Assembly (NCBI GenBank): GCA_045106415.1
Contig: JBGCEP010000028.1
Location: 48,042-112,041, forward strand
Direction: 5' to 3'
DNA: 64,000 nt
Source of the DNA: Oligoflexales bacterium
GTDB lineage: Bacteria > Bdellovibrionota_B > Oligoflexia > Oligoflexales > Bog-1112
Part shown: positions 59,585 through 64,000 of the stretch, one piece after another
How positions within the stretch are numbered: the first letter of the stretch is position 1
Layout: each line of letters begins with the position of its first letter
Notes under the pieces: generated by a model
The model's input: only the letters and a program-made list of their open reading frames with translations
Database searches by the model: none
Told to the model about the DNA's origin: nothing
Position numbers and translations under genes: made by a program

Positions 59585-60016
59585 TTCTGCACCCTTCTTT
59601 CATCTTCACTCTTTTCATTATCACTCTTATCACGGATAGATAAAAACACAAGAATAAGAGTCTAGGTAATGCTATACTTCTCATTAGAATAAATTTGTTT
59701 TTTGACTACCAACTCATTTCCACAAAGTGAATCTATTTTGATAAGATATCTATTATTAAATATCAACGATATGCATTTCCCACAATCTATTTACCAAATC
59801 TCAAATATCTCCGATGTATTTCTCAAAAAACAAATAAGACATCAAAGATCTACATTACGATTTATTTAATTGAAAATTTTTTCTATAGAAATATTTCCAA
59901 TAAAATTAATATTGATGAATATGGAAACTGTTCATGAGAAAATTCTTTGATTTTTTTAAAAAAGCCATATTGATCTTATTTTAAATACATTTTAATAATA
60001 AAAAGAAAGAATATTT

Positions 60017-60754
60017 ATGCCTATAGATGCCAACACTATCAAAAATCACTTAAACTCCATTGGTTCACCAGAAAAAGCAGAAAAAGCAAAAAGATTTTTC
60101 AAAAAAGACATAGAGAAAAAAGGTAACATTTTTTTAGGTATTTCAATGCCTACTCTCAGAAGTGAATGTTCAAATTATCTAAACCTATCTTTTGAAGAAA
60201 ATAAAAAACTTATCCAATCCAAATTTCACGAACATCGAATGCTTGCACTTCTTATTTTAAACCTTCAATGGAAAAAAAATCATAGATATAATCATCAAGA
60301 AATTTTTCACTACTACTCTCACATTCTTCAATATATTAATAATTGGGATTTAGTTGACGTCAGCGCGCCACATGTTCCAGGAAAATGGCTCATCGAAAAT
60401 CCCAAAAAAATAAAAAAAAATCTTTCTATATGGGCTGAAGACTCGAATATCTGGATCCGTCGAATATCTGCTGTTAGCACATTAGCTTTAATCCGAGACA
60501 ACCATCTTGACAGTACTTATTTTATTGCTGAGAAGCTTCTTCAAGACAAGGAAGATCTCATTCATAAAGCAAATGGGTGGATTCTTCGAGAAGCTGGAAA
60601 AAAAGATGCACATCGATTAAAAATTTTTCTACAAAAACATTATGGTGTTATACCTAGAACGACTCTTCGATATGCTATTGAAAAATTCACACCTCAAGAA
60701 AGACTTGAGTGGATCCATATGAAAAAACTTAAAACTAAAGCTAATTCAACTTAA
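60017..60754 (+). CDS. DNA alkylation repair protein (AlkD-like)
   Basis: NNWDLVD, WIRR, DLIHKANGWILREAGK, PRTTLRYAIEKF. Confidence 0.9.
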   Translation: MPIDANTIKNHLNSIGSPEKAEKAKRFFKKDIEKKGNIFLGISMPTLRSECSNYLNLSFEENKKLIQSKFHEHRMLALLILNLQWKKNHRYNHQEIFHYYSHILQYINNWDLVDVSAPHVPGKWLIENPKKIKKNLSIWAEDSNIWIRRISAVSTLALIRDNHLDSTYFIAEKLLQDKEDLIHKANGWILREAGKKDAHRLKIFLQKHYGVIPRTTLRYAIEKFTPQERLEWIHMKKLKTKANST

Positions 60755-60952
60755 TCAACAAACTTACATATACATAACCTATTGAAAATAAAATTTAATC
60801 TCGAAATAATAAAACCTAACAATAACACACCTAAAAAGTAATAAGTGAGTTTTCACAAAAAAGATGAATACTTGTGAAGATTTGAGTTAACAGCAGTCAT
60901 CTTCCACATGTTATATTGACACCATCAACAACCTTCTGTTTATTGGTTATGT

Positions 60953-62014
60953 ATGCAATACATTAAAAACAAATTTATTTTTCTATGTATTTGTTTTTTA
61001 TCATTTCATCATGCCTATGGGAAAGCTCCATGTCATGGAAAAAAAGGTTATCACCTCTATAGCATAAATCCATTATCAGGAGATCTTATAAAAGGTGGTT
61101 TTATTGCAAAAACAGTAAAGATTAAAACCATTAAACATTGGTGGGGACCATTTCAAGGATTAAGAATTTCTCATAATTTTATACTCAGTCCAGACACACA
61201 AATTTGTGATAACGTCAAAATAAAAGGACAACTACACACCCATGGAAAAGTCATCATATCAGGTGATGCTGATCTTAATGGTAATATAGTTATCAATAAT
61301 AATCTTCAAAATTATCCAGACACCTTCTCCCAAAACAGTTCTTTTGAACCTATTCGCATATCTGGTCATTCTACAATTTTAGACTTCGTACACATTTATG
61401 GTTCCGCTCAAATTCAGGATCGAGCTCAAATATCTGGGTATGCACAAATCCATGATAAAAGTCGCATTTATGGAAGCGCTAACATCCAAGGCCATGCCCT
61501 TGTAAAAGGTTCCTCGCAAATCGGGGATAGTGTCGTGATAAAAGATTTCGCAACCATACAAAAACACGTAAGATTAGAAGGAAACATTACATGCCAGGAC
61601 CAATGTTTTCTTGATGGAAATATTCAGATTATCAACACAGGAAATCATACACATATATCCTTAGAAAAAAACGTTGTATTCTCTGGTAGCACGTATATTC
61701 AAACCAATAGAAACTCAACTTTTGATGGTGGCCAATATATCGATTATCAGTATGAAGACGGGCAAAGCCCTGTTCCAGACAATGCAGTTGAACACATCTA
61801 CCCTCCCGAAATCATCGACCAAATTTCCAGAGAGATTGTCCCATCAACTCTTAACAACGAGCAAACATGCCGAATTTGCTTTGATTCAATAAACGGATGT
61901 GGGAAAACAATACAATTTCTAAAATGTAATCACGTTTTCCACAAAAAATGTGCAACATCTTGGGCTTGTTATAAACTTTCATGCCCTCTATGCAATGAGT
62001 CATTCGATTTCTAG
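60953..62014 (+). CDS. Secreted protein: left-handed beta-helix (hexapeptide) repeats plus C-terminal RING-H2 finger
   Basis: Signal peptide (..HAYG); IYGSAQ-IQDRAQ-ISGYAQ repeats; CRIC..CNHVFHKKC..W..CPLC. Confidence 0.85.
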   Translation: MQYIKNKFIFLCICFLSFHHAYGKAPCHGKKGYHLYSINPLSGDLIKGGFIAKTVKIKTIKHWWGPFQGLRISHNFILSPDTQICDNVKIKGQLHTHGKVIISGDADLNGNIVINNNLQNYPDTFSQNSSFEPIRISGHSTILDFVHIYGSAQIQDRAQISGYAQIHDKSRIYGSANIQGHALVKGSSQIGDSVVIKDFATIQKHVRLEGNITCQDQCFLDGNIQIINTGNHTHISLEKNVVFSGSTYIQTNRNSTFDGGQYIDYQYEDGQSPVPDNAVEHIYPPEIIDQISREIVPSTLNNEQTCRICFDSINGCGKTIQFLKCNHVFHKKCATSWACYKLSCPLCNESFDF

Positions 62015-62041
62015 CGCTAACACAATCACACTAAAGAAAAT

Positions 62042-62069
62042 TAAAGTAAAAAACATAAACATCCGATAA
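62042..62069 (+). promoter_or_regulatory. Putative sigma28-type promoter TAAA-N16-TCCGATAA
   Basis: Near consensus, about 28 bp upstream of ATG 62097. Confidence 0.6.
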
Positions 62070-62084
62070 GCTCACATCACCTTT

Positions 62085-63788
62085 TTGAGGTCTAATATGT
62101 TGCGTATTCTTATTCTTTTCCTTCTTCTTTTCAGTTGTAAAGAAAGCGATAGAGGTCCTTATCAAAAAGCAACGCAACCAAACCATTACAGCCATGACGC
62201 TTCATTAATAGACAGTGAAGACACCATCTGCTCAACGCCAAATCCTTCAAAACACGATTTTATAGACATCAGACAAGAAACCTCACACAACAGTCATTTT
62301 TTGACGTCACAAACTCAAGAAGCGATTAAGCTAGCACTGTCAACAGTCCCTTTTACTCTTTTAGACTCTTTTCAAAAAGCGGGTGGTTCTGTTGTTATTA
62401 CTGATCAATTTTCAATACTGTGCCCTGATTCCTTGTTCTCTTGTTGGAAGACCAATGAAAACCAAAATCCAAGTGTTATTGTTTCAAGCTTAGAAGAAGG
62501 CCAAATTTGGGCAACAAGCTACTTACAAAAAAGCTTCTTAAATTCTATTGGCATGATTCACATAGAAGTTCTAGAATCCTTCACATTCACAAAAGAAAAA
62601 TCAAATAGTTTTAAAGATCCTGTTTTCGAAAACTTCTTAATTTCCCTATCTCAAGAAGTCTCTCAAGATCTAAACATTCCTACCTATATCGAAAGCGGGG
62701 CAGATTTATATGGGGTTTTATTTGCTGAGTATTTTTGCTCAGATCAATCAAGACAAAATTTCAATGAAAACGCTCCTCGAACTCAAAAGCTTTTCACTCA
62801 AATATTCTCTCAACAATTAGAATTAACAGCCTCCCCACGCTCGGGTAGCATTTTAACAAATACGCGTACCCATGAAATCAAAAAACAAAATGAAATCATT
62901 CGCGACCAACCTCAAAGAATTGATATCGATTTTTCAGGTAGAGGAACAATCGTAACACAAAGAGCAAATGAGCGCGCCCTTGAAACAGTAAAACCTCAAT
63001 TTCAAGGGCACTATAAAAAACTTGTGGAAGACCACCCTCGTATCAACACAGAGGCACCAGGTCACTATATAGAAGGCACATCAAATCTCGACTATACATA
63101 CAATGGGCTAGAACGATTTATATACTCTTCCAAAACAGGTAATGTCCGAAACATCGATAATATAAGTGGACTAAACCAAGAAAAGCCTATTACGATCATG
63201 GTTCACGGAACAAAATGTAGCAAAGGCTGTGTAAAAACAGGAAAATGGGCTCATCCTGATAGTGCAATGCCTGTCAATTTAAGGTCTCACTACGGTGGGG
63301 ATGTTATTAGTTTTCAATGGAGTGGGAGTGTGCGTGACTCAGAAAGAAGGAAAGCAGGATCCGTCTTAGCAGAAGAGATTTCATACTTAAGAAAAGAAGG
63401 ATTTGAAGTGAATCTCATTGGTCACTCTCATGGAGGAAATGTTATTATTGAAGCTTTGAATAAAGCTCAAGAAAATGATCCTACCTTTGAAACAAAAGGA
63501 GAGTTTGTGTCTCTCGCTCGCCCAGTCAGAGGTGACTACAAACTCAAAGATAAAAAGCTCACTTCTTACTTTACCGCTGCTTCAGGTAAAGGAGACATTA
63601 TACAAAGATTAGGTGGGCGATTCGTGGGATCCGGAGGACGCAGCGATATCTTTGCAGATCTCAATATCTTTTTTGAACGCAACAAAAGTCAACATAATAA
63701 ACTCAAAAAAGCCCTGTTAGAGGTTGTAGAGCAGTCAGCGATCGAGCGGCGAACACAGCGCCACGCGAGCGTAACACAACCTCACTAG
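62085..63788 (+). CDS. Lipoprotein: ATLF-like N-terminal domain plus lipase-type alpha/beta hydrolase; likely start 62097
   Basis: Lipobox LFSC; STVPFTLLDSFQKAGGSVVI, FAEYFCS..APRT; VHGT, FQWSG, GHSHGG. Confidence 0.75.
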   Translation: MRSNMLRILILFLLLFSCKESDRGPYQKATQPNHYSHDASLIDSEDTICSTPNPSKHDFIDIRQETSHNSHFLTSQTQEAIKLALSTVPFTLLDSFQKAGGSVVITDQFSILCPDSLFSCWKTNENQNPSVIVSSLEEGQIWATSYLQKSFLNSIGMIHIEVLESFTFTKEKSNSFKDPVFENFLISLSQEVSQDLNIPTYIESGADLYGVLFAEYFCSDQSRQNFNENAPRTQKLFTQIFSQQLELTASPRSGSILTNTRTHEIKKQNEIIRDQPQRIDIDFSGRGTIVTQRANERALETVKPQFQGHYKKLVEDHPRINTEAPGHYIEGTSNLDYTYNGLERFIYSSKTGNVRNIDNISGLNQEKPITIMVHGTKCSKGCVKTGKWAHPDSAMPVNLRSHYGGDVISFQWSGSVRDSERRKAGSVLAEEISYLRKEGFEVNLIGHSHGGNVIIEALNKAQENDPTFETKGEFVSLARPVRGDYKLKDKKLTSYFTAASGKGDIIQRLGGRFVGSGGRSDIFADLNIFFERNKSQHNKLKKALLEVVEQSAIERRTQRHASVTQPH

Positions 63789-63975
63789 TACACTGTAATA
63801 TTAATTGGTTATAGAATCGTAGTGTTTCTTAAATTTTTCTTGCGCCTTGACATTAGTAAACTGCCAATGAATCTTTATTTGTGCACCGTCTCGTTGCTTG
63901 ATCCATTATGTGACCTTACTTTTAAGTTTACTAAATTCCCCTATTCTTCTATCGAAGGTGGTGTTGAAAAACTAG
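63785..63975 (-). mobile_element. Degenerate IS630-family transposase 3' remnant with terminal CTAG
   Basis: Minus strand reads FDRRIGEFSKLKSKVT*WIKQRDGAQIKIHWQFTNVKAQEKFKKHYDSITN*, then ...ACAGTGTACTAG. Confidence 0.65.
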
Positions 63976-64000
63976 TCAACGATCATTATATCGGTCGCGT

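Noticed and set aside
1612..61892. Numerous 60-170 aa ORFs in the track overlapping longer genes (e.g. 1612, 2624, 9080, 38319, 38987, 44907, 53307, 57329)
   Set aside because: Antisense or out-of-frame shadows of well-supported genes, without recognisable motifs
1..64000. CRISPR array, cas genes, rRNA, prophage or integron
   Set aside because: No regularly spaced repeats, cas, integrase or phage structural genes seen by eye

Overview
AT-rich bacterial chromosome segment. Gene content (many Sec/lipoprotein-type hypotheticals, LRR lipoproteins, DHOR, repeated sigma28-like promoters) suggests Bdellovibrionota/Oligoflexia; this taxonomy is inference only. Housekeeping content: pta, hutUIG, large NAD-GDH with a GCS2 ligase, exbBD, tRNA-Gly(GCC), a MoxR/DUF58/BatA/VWA operon, NDH-2 and AlkD. 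The most interesting region is 13.1-23 kb, with two compact regulons whose cis-elements can be read from the sequence. (1) A putative copper cascade: a CsoR operator controls csoR plus an ECF sigma, and two matching TGTCACA-N17-GTATA promoters precede a membrane anti-sigma candidate and a 47-aa secreted 8-Cys metallothionein-like peptide missing from the ORF track. (2) A photolyase/photo-oxidative stress island whose two convergent operons share an ATCGTTTAA-N6-TTAAACGAT palindrome, next to a GbsR/MarR-type regulator. The window also holds secreted proteins with eukaryote-like or toxin-like domains (RING-H2, F-box-like, ATLF-like plus lipase, LRR), a 21-bp inverted repeat that covers an RBS, two apparent pseudo-enzymes and an IS630 remnant. 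All family assignments are from motif recognition by eye, not database searches.
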